A stretch of 64,000 nucleotides of DNA from Octopus vulgaris (GCA_951406725.2 OX597824.1:93868001-93932000), one strand, 5' to 3'; shown: positions 28,873 through 43,510, numbered from the stretch's first letter. A program made the numbers and translations. The notes: generated from the letters alone by a model not told the origin.

Positions 28873-29898
28873 CATACATATATATATGCATATGCATATA
28901 TATATATGTATGTATATATATGCATGTATATAAGTGTGTATGTGTATTTTAGTTTATATGTATATCTCTCTATATATGTGTACTTTTACGAGTGTCTCTG
29001 CATGTGAGAGTGCGCGGGTGTTTGTCTAAGTTCTAGCATGGGAAGCGAAAGGTTTTATTGCAATCTTGCCATATATATATTATTTACAACATCCATTCTA
29101 TAACTGCGCCGAACGTGTGTAATTTACAAATATATAATCAATTTATAAGTAACTGGGCTCTTATTCTTCAGATTGCATAGAATCTTTTGTTATATGCATA
29201 CGGAAATTAGATTGGATAATTTGTACAACATGCTTCACAATTTCTTCAGATATTACCATAATTACTGACGAATAGCAGCCTTCACTTCAAGAAGATTGTG
29301 TAGATTGTTAGCTCACGTCTTAACTTTAAGGTAAACTGAAAAGTTGTGGTCTCAAATCCAAAGATCAGACGATCGCGCAGGACATGGTAAGGTACTGCTA
29401 CAAGAAATGATATACTCGGTAAACGTCCTGCTCCACAGACGTTAAATAAGGTCAACGAAGCTTTTCTTCCATCGAAGGCTTATTGGGTCTCCCTGAAATC
29501 ATATATGTTACGTATATATATGACACGTTTGTACGATTCTGGGAGCACGAAGTGGCACTACAGGAAGCGATCAGAATTTACTGTCACATCATATCTGTGT
29601 TGTTCAAAGTATCATATGCCTCCGGCAACAAAGTTTGCCGCTCTGTATCACTGTCACAGGATCACAGACAAGAGACGACTTATAAATTATTACTAACTGC
29701 TGCCCAACCGTTAACGGAAGTTTTCTTTGCTTACACACGCGCAGGCAGAAACGCGCTTCCACAAACAGGAAGAGAATTCTATTACTTCTCCATATTGCCA
29801 AGCTGTTCCTAATACATCTTTAAATATATTTGCATAAATTTATACGTATGTGTGGTTGTAATGTTTGTGTATGTGTGTGTGCGTGTGTGTGTGTGCGC

Positions 29899-29938
<40 letters not shown>

Positions 29939-30029
29939 ATTATTTAAATCAGTTTGATTCATAGCGGTTGTCTCTCCATTGTATGGTGTTTATCAAACGT
30001 TTGTGGATGGTTCTCAAAAAGGTCTGAAG

Positions 30030-30145
<116 letters not shown>

Positions 30146-30205
30146 TATATATTTGCACATACATATATCGACACATCTAACTACGTATATGGATATGGGT
30201 GTACT

Positions 30206-30246
<41 letters not shown>

Positions 30247-30249
<3 letters not shown>

Positions 30250-30360
30250 CAAGTACAAAGAAGGAAAGTGTTTATTAGATCTACACTGTCAATATATTAG
30301 GAGTGGAAACAACGTTTCAAGCACAATTCTTCGTTGGAAAGAGAGAGAAAACGGTGGAAG
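30247..30360 (-). mobile_element. Decayed Penelope-like tail with eroded hammerhead
   Basis: Minus strand TTT-CCAACGA-A-GAA..GCTT-GAAA-CGT-T at ~30311-30340; the 3' end faces (TA)n. Confidence 0.45.
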
Positions 30361-30832
30361 GACCAGATAGTCCATAGTAACGCATGCGTGTCTCTACATG
30401 GCCGGTATATGCGTGTGTACGTGAGCGTGCGTGCGCACATGTGTGCCTATCTGTGTTTGAGCATATATATATACATATATCGAATGTGCTTTTTGTGTTA
30501 TTTAAGTGAGAGAGAGAGTCACAATTAAAATGCCATTACACAGATATTTCTACCACCTCAAGAAGCTGACATGTATAGACTCCTTCGTGTGCTCGCTTCG
30601 CTGCGGGATTAACAGATTTGGATTACGCTGAAGATAGCGAGCTTTTAAATCGCCTCATTAGACGACTATATTAAACACTGAAATACAATCAGTCCAGTCC
30701 TGTATAGAAATGAATTAATGAGACTTAATGCTTATAAATTCCCCAAAGATCCTACTGCTTTGCAAATTAATATAACCATTCGATTTCACCGTAATCCTTA
30801 GAATACGAATGAGATAATAAAATCATTTACAC

Positions 30833-30856
30833 TAGTGGTGGTAGTAGTAGTAGTAA

Positions 30857-30907
<51 letters not shown>

Positions 30908-30958
30908 CAGTAGCAGGAGAAGGAGGAAGGAGGAGGAGGAGGAGGTGGAGGAGCAGCC

Positions 30959-30989
<31 letters not shown>

Positions 30990-31114
30990 GAGGAGGAGGA
31001 GGAGGAGGAGGAGAAGCAGCCGTAGTCGTCGTCATCGTCGTAGTAGTAGTAGGAGGAGGAGGAGGAGGTGGAGAAGCAGCAGCAGCAGCAGCCGTAGTCG
31101 TCGTCGTCGTCGTC

Positions 31115-31150
<36 letters not shown>
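30833..31150. repeat. Compound (GTA)/(GGA)/(GTC) microsatellite with higher-order unit
   Basis: GCAGCCGTAGTCGTCGTC recurs at 30953, 31016 and 31088. Confidence 0.9.
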
Positions 31151-31494
31151 TTCACGTGTGTTTTCTCACTGGGAGCTGATATTGTCTTAATGCTATTGTT
31201 GGTTTTAGCTGTTGTTCAGTAATTGTATAATTATTAACTCATATTTTATAGCGGAGAGAAAGGGACGCTTTGTTGCTATAACAAATGTCAATACGGATCC
31301 TGAATCCAAAAGCATTGAAGATGAGGATGGTGATGCTTCATCGCCATCATCTTCATCGTCAGCTTAATCCCCACTATCGGAATAAACAACAACAGGAACA
31401 AGCCCATCGTCTCTATATAAGCCAGTAAAAATACACACAGACACGGGACTAGGCATGAACATATGCAAATATAGACATATGAATGTATATAGAT

Positions 31495-31738
31495 AGGCGA
31501 GGATTATGGCAGCATTCACCAGTTTAAACAAGGACATCGTCCAGAAGAATTGCATAAGTTTCCTAAATCGTCTGGAGGCAACGGCTGAAGCCAATGACGA
31601 TTTTATTGAATAAATTTATTCTTTAGTATTTCAAGACATTTTAATGTAATCTTGGAAAAATATATGTTAAAATGCGATTTCAGAGTTACGTTCATTTTTG
31701 CGTAATTTTGACGACAATTTATTCACAGCACCCACTAT
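31495..31738 (+). mobile_element. Tc1/mariner (maT/DD37D-like) transposase C-terminus and 3' end
   Basis: ARIMAAFTSLNKDIVQKNCISFLNRLEATAEANDDFIE* resembles the ..AC..FR.RLEAV..A.G.FIE* terminus; TIR-like ...ATTCACAGCACCCC before TA. Confidence 0.75.
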
Positions 31739-31868
31739 AAATATATAAATATATATAAATATATATTATATATAGGTTATATATATTATATATTTATATT
31801 TTTTCATTCATATTTAATTATTTTATATTATTTGTATATTTTAAAATATTGATATTTTAGATTGAAGT

Positions 31869-31911
31869 CCACCTGAAGATTGTCGATCAAGACAAGAAAC
31901 GATTGTAGTGG
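31869..31911 (+). ncRNA. Hammerhead ribozyme, canonical core
   Basis: CCAC-CTGAAGA-TTGTC-GATCAA-GACAA-GAAA-CGATTG-TA-GTGG: helix I CCAC/GTGG, helix II TTGTC/GACAA, helix III AC/GT; predicted cut after A31907. The downstream tail 31925-32063 recurs inverted at 45902-46440. Confidence 0.85.
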
Positions 31912-32069
31912 CGGTTTTTTATATTTATTAAATTTTATGTATTGATTAAGTCTTTCCTTGTTTGTTTTGAAAATAGTGGTTTTTCTCTAATAATATTTTA
32001 TAATATTTTACTATAAAATTGGATTTAATCCTATCTGATAAATTTGGATTTATTCCTAATATTTATTAT

Positions 32070-32103
<34 letters not shown>

Positions 32104-32122
32104 GTTTTATTTTTTATATATG

Positions 32123-32154
<32 letters not shown>

Positions 32155-33157
32155 TGTTTTATTTATTATATTATATATATTTTTTTTTGTGTGTGTGTGT
32201 GTATATATATATATGTATGTATATATATACATACATACTCATATATAGTATATATTCACTTATGTACATATATATATATATATATGCATACATACAATTA
32301 TATATATGTATATATAAATGCAAAGATACACACACACACACACACATACACATATATATATGTATATACAAGCGTGTGTGTGTGTGTGTGTGTATGTGTG
32401 AGTGTGTGAGTGTGTGAATGTGTAAAATATGTATGTGCGTAAGTATTTGCTCGCGTTCATTTGATACAGATCGCAGGTAGGACTTCATAAAAGAATTCGT
32501 ACAATGTCAGCATTTTCGGAGGAAATAGCCGACAGATTTTTGCTGGTTGCAAAAAAGTTGGTTCAGTTGAAATTGTTGGATCCGAGGATTTCAGAAGATA
32601 TTTCGTGTTGGACTTCACAAAACCAAAAACAAAAAAAAAAAAGAAAACGTAAAACACAAATAAATACAGAAATATAAAATATAGAACCAAAATTATATTT
32701 CGCACTAAAATCTCTTTTTTTCTGAGAAATCATGTATATTCTTAGAACATATTGCAAATTTACATGAAAATCTGCATGAATAATTTCGATATATTTTTAT
32801 ACTATCCATTCCAGTGCATGGAGGAATAAAATTTTCTTAGTTCTTGCATTAAGATATAAATACAAACAACAAAAATTCAGTTATATGTTATTACGACCTT
32901 TTCAGCAACGAATATCAAAAAGTGTGTGTGTATATATATGTATGTATAATTATATATATTTGTGTGTGCTCGTGTGGTTTATGTCTGAATTTATGTATGT
33001 GTATAACGTAAGTGCAGATGTTGGTTTATAACGGAATTAACACACAGACACACTCACGCACACAAAGTTACACGTTTAAGCTTCTGACTGTCAAGGTAGA
33101 TAGATCGAAAGATAGACACAGAGAGATGGATAGATGGACGGAGAGAGAGATACACAG

Positions 33158-33202
<45 letters not shown>

Positions 33203-33203
<1 letters not shown>

Positions 33204-33320
33204 TTACTCTTTTACTTGTTTCAGTCATTTGACTGTGGCCATGCTGGACCAACACCTTTGGTCGAGCAAATCGACACCAGGACTTATTCTTTGAAAGCCT
33301 AGTACATATTCTATCGGTGT

Positions 33321-33379
<59 letters not shown>

Positions 33380-33545
33380 TATGACGGGTTTCTTTCAGTT
33401 TCCGTCTACCAAATCTACTCACAAGGCTTTGGTTAGCCCGACGCTATAGAGGAAGAAAATTGCCCAAGGTGCCACACAGTGGGACTGAACCCGTAACCAT
33501 GTGGTTGGGCAGCAAGCTACTTAACACACAGCCACTCCTGTGCCT
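33203..33545 (-). mobile_element. SINE family C with internal (TA)n
   Basis: Reverse complement of head (..CAGCCACTCCTGTGCCT), CORE-like GCCCAAGGTGCCAC, and tail GTTTCAGTCATTTGACTGTGGCCATGCTGG. Confidence 0.88.
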
Positions 33546-33654
33546 ATATATAGATAGATATACAGGTATACAGAGACTGGACGGATGTTATCTCGCTGGA
33601 CAGCTTGACGGACAGACAGATACGAACATATTCCTTCCGGTCTTTCAAAATGTG

Positions 33655-33790
33655 ACCTCGTGTGTACCGTTGTGGATTTTTTTTTCTCTGTCTTCCCTTC
33701 TCCTATGTTTCCGACGAAGAGCTCCGCTCGAAACGTTAAACCCTCCTTCTTTCCTTCTTTCCTGATCGTCCAATAATACTATATTTGTTC
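33655..33790 (+). mobile_element. Penelope-like tail with hammerhead (CCGA core) at 33707-33741
   Basis: GTTT-CCGACGA-A-GAGC-TCC-GCTC-GAAA-CGT-T-AAAC; helix I GTTT/AAAC. Confidence 0.78.
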
Positions 33791-34061
33791 CAGAAAGAAA
33801 GAAAACAAAAAAGGGGGGAGGGATAAAATTTTTTTTAAAAAGGGGGGGAAGGGAAAGGAAATGTCAATATCACAGAAATGTCAATATGAAGTGTAAAGGG
33901 GAGGACAGGTGAGGTTTACCCGTGGAAAGAAAAGCCTACGGAAAAGACCACGGTAACCTCGGTCAATGAAGTCACATGTTATATTTCTTTTTTTTTTTGC
34001 AAATAAGCAACTGTCTATTAATTTTTACGGTTCATAGAATCATAGTCAAGGTGGCTTCGTC

Positions 34062-34151
<90 letters not shown>

Positions 34152-34187
34152 TGATTGATAGACAGATAGATAGATTGATTGATAGAC

Positions 34188-34257
<70 letters not shown>

Positions 34258-34543
34258 ACAGACAGACAGAGAAAGAGAGAGACAGAAACAGAGAGAGTCA
34301 GAGAGATCAGTGGCTAAATGTTTCCTTTATGTTGTGTGACATAACTGTTATGTATTTTCAGTTCCCTGAACGTAACGTATAATCTAACAGTTGCGCTTAT
34401 GTAAGCGTCTGCTGTCAACGAAGAAACCTTTCAATTTATTTTTCTCTCGTGTAGAGATACGTTGAAACCTTTTCCAAGATAATTATATATACATAAATGT
34501 GGGATGTGTACATGCATATATAAATATACATGGAAACGCTGAG

Positions 34544-34626
<83 letters not shown>

Positions 34627-34772
34627 TCATACATACATATATATACATATGTATATGCATGCATTTATATATATATATATATACACGCGCGCACATATTT
34701 GTATATATTGTAACTATATTTACTTGTATGTGATTCTAATATATATATATGTGTGTGTGTGTGTGTAATTGT

Positions 34773-34811
<39 letters not shown>

Positions 34812-34872
34812 TATACATACATGTATATATAGAGAGACAGAGAGATGGATGGAGAGACAGGGAGAGAGAGCG

Positions 34873-34961
<89 letters not shown>

Positions 34962-35938
34962 TGTATGTATGCATGTATGTATATATATATGTATCTATAT
35001 AACTGTATGTTCATGTCCATCTTCATGTATATAATGTGCTTGCAATGAATTCCACCACAGAAGTTGATATATTTATAATTAGCATGCGAGATAATTAGTG
35101 AAATTCGCGCTCTCTAGACCCATAATTATTTTGACGAGGTCATGTGACTGCAAAAGATCGCTGAGAATCCCTTGTTAGCCCCGATGCTTTCTAATTTCCA
35201 GCATAACTACTTCACTTTAATCATACGGCATCTCAAGCGCTGCTTGTCATTTATTACAAGACAACCAACGACACACAGACATCTCCTTTCATCTTTTCTT
35301 ACCGCTCATTTTAGAGACATATTTTTCTGTTTGCCATATTTTTTTCTTGATTAGATTACATCATCCCCGTGTGGTTGTTGTTTTTGTTTCTTTTTATCTA
35401 TTATTTCTATTTTCTTGTTTTTTTTATTGTGGTTGTTGTTATGCTTTTTTATTTATTTTTAGTTATTTAGCATTTCAACGTTAAAATATATATATACATA
35501 TTCAAACAGAAACACACATATATACATACTTATACGCACAGAGAGCTATACACATACACGCATACTCAAAAGCGTACTCGTATATGTATAACTAAATATG
35601 TATGTGTGTATGTGTACCTCTGTGTGTGCGTGTGTATTGTATGCATACGTATATATGGAAACGAGTGAAACGTAGAGGGAGTGAGAGACAGAGGGAAGCA
35701 GGAAGAGTGCGAGCTATCTAAAAATAAATGATATACAGGCATATATACATAATATATATGTGTGAGTGTACGCGTGTGTGTGTGTATATATATATATATA
35801 TAATTACACACACATATGTCTATATGTTTATATATATAAAAATACATATATATACACACATATATATATGTATGTATATATATATAAACATATACATACA
35901 TATATATATATGTATATATACATATATATAGATATATT

Positions 35939-36024
<86 letters not shown>

Positions 36025-36109
36025 ATATATATACACACACACACTTATATTTATGTACATAAATATAAGGGTGTTTGCATTTACATTCGGGCTTTCGTAT
36101 GTATGGTAA

Positions 36110-36300
36110 GTAACTTGCTTGACAACCGATATTGGTGTGTTTACATCCCCTTAACTTAGCGGTTCAGTAACAGAGAACGATATGATACGTACTAGTCTTA
36201 CAGACAATAAGACCTGGAGTCGATTTGTTCGACCTAAGGTGGTGCAACAGCATGGCCGCAGTCAAATGACTGAAAACAAGACAGGAGAATAAAAGAATAT
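36110..36300 (+). mobile_element. SINE family C 3' half
   Basis: CTTGACAACCGATATTGGTGTGTTTACATCCCCTTAACTTAGCGGTTC...CAGCATGGCCGCAGTCAAATGACTGAAA. Confidence 0.8.
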
Positions 36301-36381
36301 GTGTTCAGATACATATGCGCATATATGAACTCCAAGATATATATATATGTATGTATGTATATGTATGTATATATATATATC

Positions 36382-36414
<33 letters not shown>

Positions 36415-36556
36415 AAACACACACGCGTGCAAACATGCAGACATACGTATACACTAACATACATACAAACACTTTTAAAAGTTTTCAACATTTTATAGTC
36501 TACAAGCGGAGAGACAAGCATTTACATCGATTCATACATAGAAAGCAACATTGCCA

Positions 36557-36653
<97 letters not shown>

Positions 36654-36693
36654 GCTATTATTAGTAGTAGCAGCAGCAGCAGCAGCAGTAGTT

Positions 36694-36743
<50 letters not shown>

Positions 36744-36778
36744 TTGTCTTAAATTTTGTTTCCTTTTGTCACCGAATG

Positions 36779-36816
<38 letters not shown>

Positions 36817-36891
36817 CATCATCATCATCATCATTATTATTATTGTTATTATTATTATTATTATTACTCTTATTATTATTGTTGTTGTTGC

Positions 36892-36938
<47 letters not shown>

Positions 36939-37259
36939 TATTCACCATAATCATTACATGATTTTTTTTCAAAAATCAGTATTTATTTTTATTTATATTA
37001 TATACACTTTTTATTTCCATTCATATCTGCTATTATTGTTGTTGTTGTTGTTATTCTTATTCATATACAAATGTTTTATCATTACCGTTTTTTTTCTTCT
37101 TCTTCTCCTCTTTAATACGAATTCTTCATAAAAACGCCAAACGTTCTCTCTATAACTGTCAAGTACCGGTCTCTACTTCTGCCAACAGACGTTCATCAGA
37201 AACTGACTGATTATGAAACAGATCTTATAATACTGTGAGATATAACTTACAACCCACAT

Positions 37260-37359
<100 letters not shown>

Positions 37360-37365
37360 TAGATA

Positions 37366-37408
<43 letters not shown>

Positions 37409-37417
37409 ATCTATCTA

Positions 37418-37485
<68 letters not shown>

Positions 37486-37763
37486 GACATATATATACAC
37501 ACATATATATATATATATATATATGTCATTTATATTGCTCCATTTTATATGTTAAATTGATAGCGCCATTTTACAGCTATTTTTGTTGTTGTTATTGATT
37601 TGAATACCGTGTCTCTGTGTTTGCGTTTGATGAGGACGGATTCTGTGTTCTTTTTTATATATTTTACAATTTGTTACGCGTTTTTTTTTTTTACTCGTTT
37701 TTTTGTTTTTTTGTTCAAGAGTGATGCAGTTTAAGGGAATTTCGTTTGCTTTTCGATTTTATT

Positions 37764-37837
<74 letters not shown>

Positions 37838-38068
37838 TATATATGTGTGTATGTGTGTATGTGTATATTATATTTTGTATTGATTAAAGTTATTTTTTGT
37901 CCGTTTCTACATCAATTAGTATTAAAACATAAGTAGTAAAACTTGAGAAAAGTTTTTAATCATTAATTGAAATGTGCATATATGCAAGTGTACGTCTGTC
38001 ATTGTGTGTATGTGTGTCCACGCGCATACACATATGTATATATTTATGTATGTGTATATATTTATTTG

Positions 38069-38104
<36 letters not shown>

Positions 38105-38121
38105 TATATATATATATATAT

Positions 38122-38183
<62 letters not shown>

Positions 38184-38298
38184 TTATACACGTCTATGTA
38201 TGATGTATGTGAATTCCTATTTATTTATTTGTATTTGCGTATCGACGCAATCTATAAAATTCGATACGTAGAATCTCTATATAAACACCTAAGATCTT

Positions 38299-38371
<73 letters not shown>

Positions 38372-38813
38372 CTCTCAGACATACACATACACACACATAT
38401 ATATATACATGTGTGCGATTTTACGTATGTGTGTTGATAGATAGATAATGTATGTATTTAATTGTGTGAGTTTCTGTGTGTAATTTAAATTCTTACAAAT
38501 TTTTCATTGGTTGCTAATTACACTTTCGCTCCCATTACAGCCGTTCTAATGCGTATTTAGTGGTCTCACATCTATACCAACATTTCTGCTAACTTGGCGT
38601 TTAAATTGCGTCAATAAATCTTCAAACGGGCCGAGGTACTGGCCAAATCGTTAGGGATGTCGTTTTAATGGCGTATAGCATTCCGTTGTAGTCCTTTACG
38701 TTCAAATACCAGTCGAAGTTTCATGTATTTGGTGGTAGATATAGTAATTTACTAGTCAAAAATTAAAGGATCACTTAATATTCATGTATGTATAAACATA
38801 CACACGCACAGAT

Positions 38814-38888
<75 letters not shown>

Positions 38889-38929
38889 TGGACAGCTGAA
38901 ATTTACAAGTTTTTTTCATTCTCTCTCCC

Positions 38930-39090
38930 TCTCTTTCTCTCTGTTTATTTTCACTTATTGTTTTTGTTAAAGAGCATAGGCTCGAAATGTAAAATACTTT
39001 CTCACTTTCCTAAGCGTCAATCTAATACAACTGCTTGTTGTTCATACACCTGTCTTCGACATTTGTTTTTCTATAAATTTCAACTATGTA
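38930..39090 (+). mobile_element. Decayed Penelope-like tail with eroded hammerhead
   Basis: TTTT-TTGTTAA-A-GAGC-ATAG-GCTC-GAAATGTAAAA...TTCCTAAGCG; homologous to 56620-56804. Confidence 0.65.
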
Positions 39091-39305
39091 AACCACTGGT
39101 AATAAAAATTTCTATAATTCTTATTACCCTAATATTACTTATTATGTTTAAATGATTTTTGATAAATTTATTCGGGGATTTTACCGGCATCTTCTCTGTT
39201 GCCGGAAATAAACTGCGTCTGCGCGGTGGTTTTGAAAAGTTAGATTTACAAACAAAGAGTTTACATGTGGAATCAATCTTGAAAATCTTTGAAATTTAAA
39301 GGCTA

Positions 39306-39373
39306 CCTACTGATGAAGACTGCCCTCAGTAAATCTTTTTTTTATTGAAATCAGTCAGAAACCATGGTCTAGG
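39306..39373 (+). ncRNA. Hammerhead ribozyme, canonical core, GUC site
   Basis: CCTA-CTGATGA-A-GACTG...CAGTC-A-GAAA-CCATGG-TC-TAGG: helix I CCTA/TAGG, helix II GACTG/CAGTC extended by TCAGTAAA/TTTATTGA, palindromic ACCATGGT; predicted cut after C39369. Confidence 0.85.
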
Positions 39374-39505
39374 AACTAAATTAGGTGATAAATATTTTTA
39401 ATTTTCTTCCCTTCAAGAATTTATCCCTGATTAGTGGTTTACTGCTCTTTCTAGCGCAAGCCTTTCCTATGATGGAAGCCTCTTAATGTGTTTTAATGTA
39501 CTCGA

Positions 39506-39565
<60 letters not shown>

Positions 39566-39589
39566 CATACATATAATCTCTTTTTTCAC

Positions 39590-40005
39590 CTTTTTCAATC
39601 ATGAGACTGAGGCTATGCCTGAGCAAAGCCTTGAAAGGTTTGGTCAGGCAATCCTGGTGCTTATTATATCGGTTAATTTTGACCAACCGCTATGTTACGG
39701 GCACTTAACTCAACCCCGGTTGTCAAACTGTAGTGTAGGACAAAGGCAAATGCAACGACACACATATAAACACATATGTGTGTGTGTGTGTGCGTCTGTG
39801 TCTGTGTGTGTGAGTGTGTGTGTGTATGAAGGGCTTCTTTCAGTTTCTCTAAACAATGTCCACTCATAAAGTTTTGGTCGGCGCGGAATTATACTAGAAT
39901 ATATTATACTAGAATATATTCACCCATTGTGATACTCAGCAGAATGGAACCCGAAAACATGTGACTGAGAAGCGAACTTTTTAGCAGACAACTAAGCCTG
40001 TGCGG
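39590..40005 (-). mobile_element. Old SINE family C copy with internal (CA)/(TG)n
   Basis: Colinear, diverged match to 41900-42335. Confidence 0.65.
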
Positions 40006-40344
40006 CCATGTTGTCCCTACTTTCGATTCCAGAAAGTGTCATCAGAGATAAATGGAATTTTCTAGAATCAAATGCTAATCCACTAAGCCCTTCTGGCTTA
40101 TATATCAGTCACAGCAATGTCAGTGTTATGTGAAGGATGCAGTTGATTTAGGAATATTCAGCCACTTACAAGTTAACTTGAGCATAGTTCATAGCAGAAT
40201 CTTCATCGTCCACCGATGGAAATCCTTAGGAGCATCCGGAATTCCACCCCCACTTCACTCCCATATAGTTAGAAAACACTTATGTAATATGTCACGCTGT
40301 TTAACCGAACGTAAAATCTCTTCACCACTCGGACAATCCTACGC

Positions 40345-40800
40345 CTGTGTGTACGCGGAGTGTGGTGTGTGTATGTGTGTATGCAGAGTGTGGTGTGTGT
40401 ATGTGTGCATGCAGTGTGTGGTGTGTGTATGTGTGTATGCAGAGTGTGTTGTGTATATGTGTGTATACAGAGTTGGTGTGTGTATGTGTGTATGCAGTGT
40501 GTGTTGTGTATATGTGTGTATGCAGAGTGGGGTGTGTGTATGTGTGTATGTGTGTATGTGTGTATGCAGTGTGTGGTGTGTGTATGTGTGTATACAGAGT
40601 TGGTGTGTATATGTGTGTATGCAGAGTGTGGTGTGTGTATGTGTGTATGCAGAGTTGGTGAGTGTATGTGTGTATACAGAGTTAGTGTGAGTATGTGTGT
40701 ATACAGAGTTGGTGTGTGTATGTGTGTATATAGAGTTGGTGTGTGTATATGTGTATGCAGAGTGTGATGTGTGTATGTGTATATACAGGGTGCCGTGTGT
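40345..40800. repeat. ~26-28-bp minisatellite derived from (GT)n
   Basis: Repeated GCAGAGTGTGGTGTGTGTATGTGTGTAT / ACAGAGTTGGTGTGTGTATGTGTGTAT variants. Confidence 0.9.
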
Positions 40801-41656
40801 GTATGCATGCGTGTGATTGTGTCCGATTGTTTTGAATAGATAATATACTCTGGTTTTTCCGTGCTTTCGTTTTCTCTCTCTCTCTCTCTCTCTCATACAC
40901 ACACACCCACACCACAATTTCTCTGTATATCTGCCTATATACACACATATATACACACACACATATACACACAAACAACCACATAGACACATAAACACTA
41001 AATTATTGTCCATCATCCGTCAAACGTAAGCTTCCACCATCACGCGGCCACAAGCGCACACACTCAGAACGGGGCATTCACACAATGGAGGCACGCGTAT
41101 AAAACGAAAACTTTTGGAGGGAGTCTTGAGTAACAGGAGATTTAATATACCATCTCCGAAATTCTTCGATCTCAACCAACACCGCCATATTTACTCAGCA
41201 CTCATAAACACACTTTGTATTCCCCTTAGATTCTGAAATTTAATAGTTTTCAATAACATTTGAAAACTAAAGGTCACGTCTGACGAAATTACTTTAGCAC
41301 GTACACTAAAACAACTTGTTTGTTTGTTTTGTTGGGGGGGGTTAGTTTTTCTTTTATTAATTTTTATGTTATTTGGAGAAATGGCTATGACGATGGTGGT
41401 ACTGGTGGCGGCGGCGGTGGCGTTGGTGGCGGTGGTGGTGGTGGTGGTGGTGGTGGTGCCGATGATGTCGATGTCGATGTTGATGAAGATGATGATGACG
41501 ATGGTGATGGTATTGATGATGATGATGGGGAGGATGTTGATGGTGATAATGAACATCAGCGAAGAGGACAATGACGATAATCTTGACAAGTGAAGAATAT
41601 GAAGAAGAAGAAGTAGAAAAACAAAAGAACAAGAAGAAGAAGAAAAAAACGAAATA

Positions 41657-41705
<49 letters not shown>

Positions 41706-41899
41706 AAGAAGAAGAAGAAAAAGAAGACGAAGGAAAGGAGGAGGATGAGGAGGGTTAAGAGGAGGAAAGGAGAAATGAAATTTCATTGAGTCCAGAGATA
41801 ATTCGAGAATTAAGGACGTTCGTCTATATATAGATATATAAACAGTAATATGTGTGGTTGTGTGTGTGTGTGTGTGTCTGTGTGTGTGTGTGTGTATGT

Positions 41900-42114
41900 T
41901 CTTTTATTTGTTTCAGTCATTTGACTGCGACCATGCTGGAGTACCGCCTTTAGTCGAACAAATCGATCTTAGAACTTATTATTTGTAAGCTTAGTATTTA
42001 TTCTATCGGCCTCTTCTAAGATACAGGGACGTAAACACACTAACATCGGTTGTCAAAACGATGGGGGGGGACAAACACAGACACACAAACACATACACAC
42101 ACACACAGACACAC

Positions 42115-42174
<60 letters not shown>

Positions 42175-42335
42175 GACGGACTTCTTTCAGTTGCCGCCAA
42201 ACAAATCCACTCACAAGGCTTTCGTCGACCCGTGGCTATAGTAGAAAACACATGCCCAAGGTGTAACGCAGTGGGACTGAACCCGAAACATTGTAGTTGG
42301 TAACCAAGGTACTTACCCCACAGTCATGCCTGCGC
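41900..42335 (-). mobile_element. SINE family C with internal (CA)n(TA)n
   Basis: Tail, internal microsatellite, CORE-like region and head all present; a second head-only copy lies at ~42565-42725. Confidence 0.88.
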
Positions 42336-42403
42336 CCATACATATATATATATATACATACATATATATTCATATATATATATATATATATATATATAAA
42401 TTA

Positions 42404-42507
<104 letters not shown>

Positions 42508-43097
42508 GTATACATATATTCATATATATATATGTGTGTGTATGTATATATATATATATATATATCCGAAGGGTTTCTTTCTGTTTCTATCAACCAAAAG
42601 CACTAACAAGGCTTTGCTCTGCACGAGGCTATAGTAGAAGTCGCTCAAGTTGCCACACAGTGGGACTGAGCCCGGAGCCATGTGGTTGGGAAGCAAGCTT
42701 CTTACCACACAGCCACTCCTGCGCCTATATATATATATGTATGTGTGTGCGTATGTATGTTTGTGTGTGTTTGTGTGTGAGTCTGTATGTGTGTGTGTGT
42801 GTGTCTGTTTGTGTGTCTGTGTCTGTGTGTGTGCGTGTGCTCGTGTGTGATTGCATGCCTTTACGTGTGTGACATTTTAGTACGTCTCGTTGAAACGACG
42901 CTGATATGAAGGATTTATCTCATTATTCCTTCATAACATTCTGAGACAATAAACTTCTCAGGACCATCTCACACTTCTGCATCTTCTCGGTTTTATGTCG
43001 TGCTTGAAATGCGCGAAGATGGAACATTATTGTCATTTATATTCGAGGTGAGAATTGTGCAAACACAGTTTCGACCATTTCGCACAATATCTTAAGA

Positions 43098-43177
<80 letters not shown>

Positions 43178-43404
43178 TCACGTATGTATGTATGTATATA
43201 TCGAGAGATATAGATAGTTAGATAGATACACAGATATACATACATATATGTTCATGCATGTATGTATGTATATGTCTGTACATATATATGTATATATATA
43301 TATATATACATATATATGTATGTATGTATATATGTATGTATGTCTATGTATAAAGAATTGAATAGAGTCAGCGGGAAGAAATAGGTTTAGACGGCTATTT
43401 AATA

Positions 43405-43510
43405 AACACTACACGTGTTTCGATACACCATAAATCCAGATATACACAGGATTTAAATTAAGTAACGGTTGACCTGAATAATGGGATCCATTTTTATCAC
43501 CTCAGGTGAT
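43405..43510 (-). ncRNA. Degenerate hammerhead motif with long helix II
   Basis: Minus strand CAC-CTGAGG(T)-GATA...TATC-GAAA-CACGTG-TA-GTG; palindromic ACACGTGT; A9 missing or substituted. Confidence 0.6.

Noticed and set aside
29290-29812. Unique-looking sequence with a 109-aa ORF and a GTAAG donor-like site
   Set aside because: No recognisable protein motif or convincing exon boundaries; small host exons cannot be excluded without RNA-seq.
30589-30641. GTGCTCGCTTCG, identical to the vertebrate U6 snRNA 5' end
   Set aside because: The exact match is only 12 nt, downstream similarity is weak and the ACAGAGA box is absent; probably chance, at most a very old fragment.
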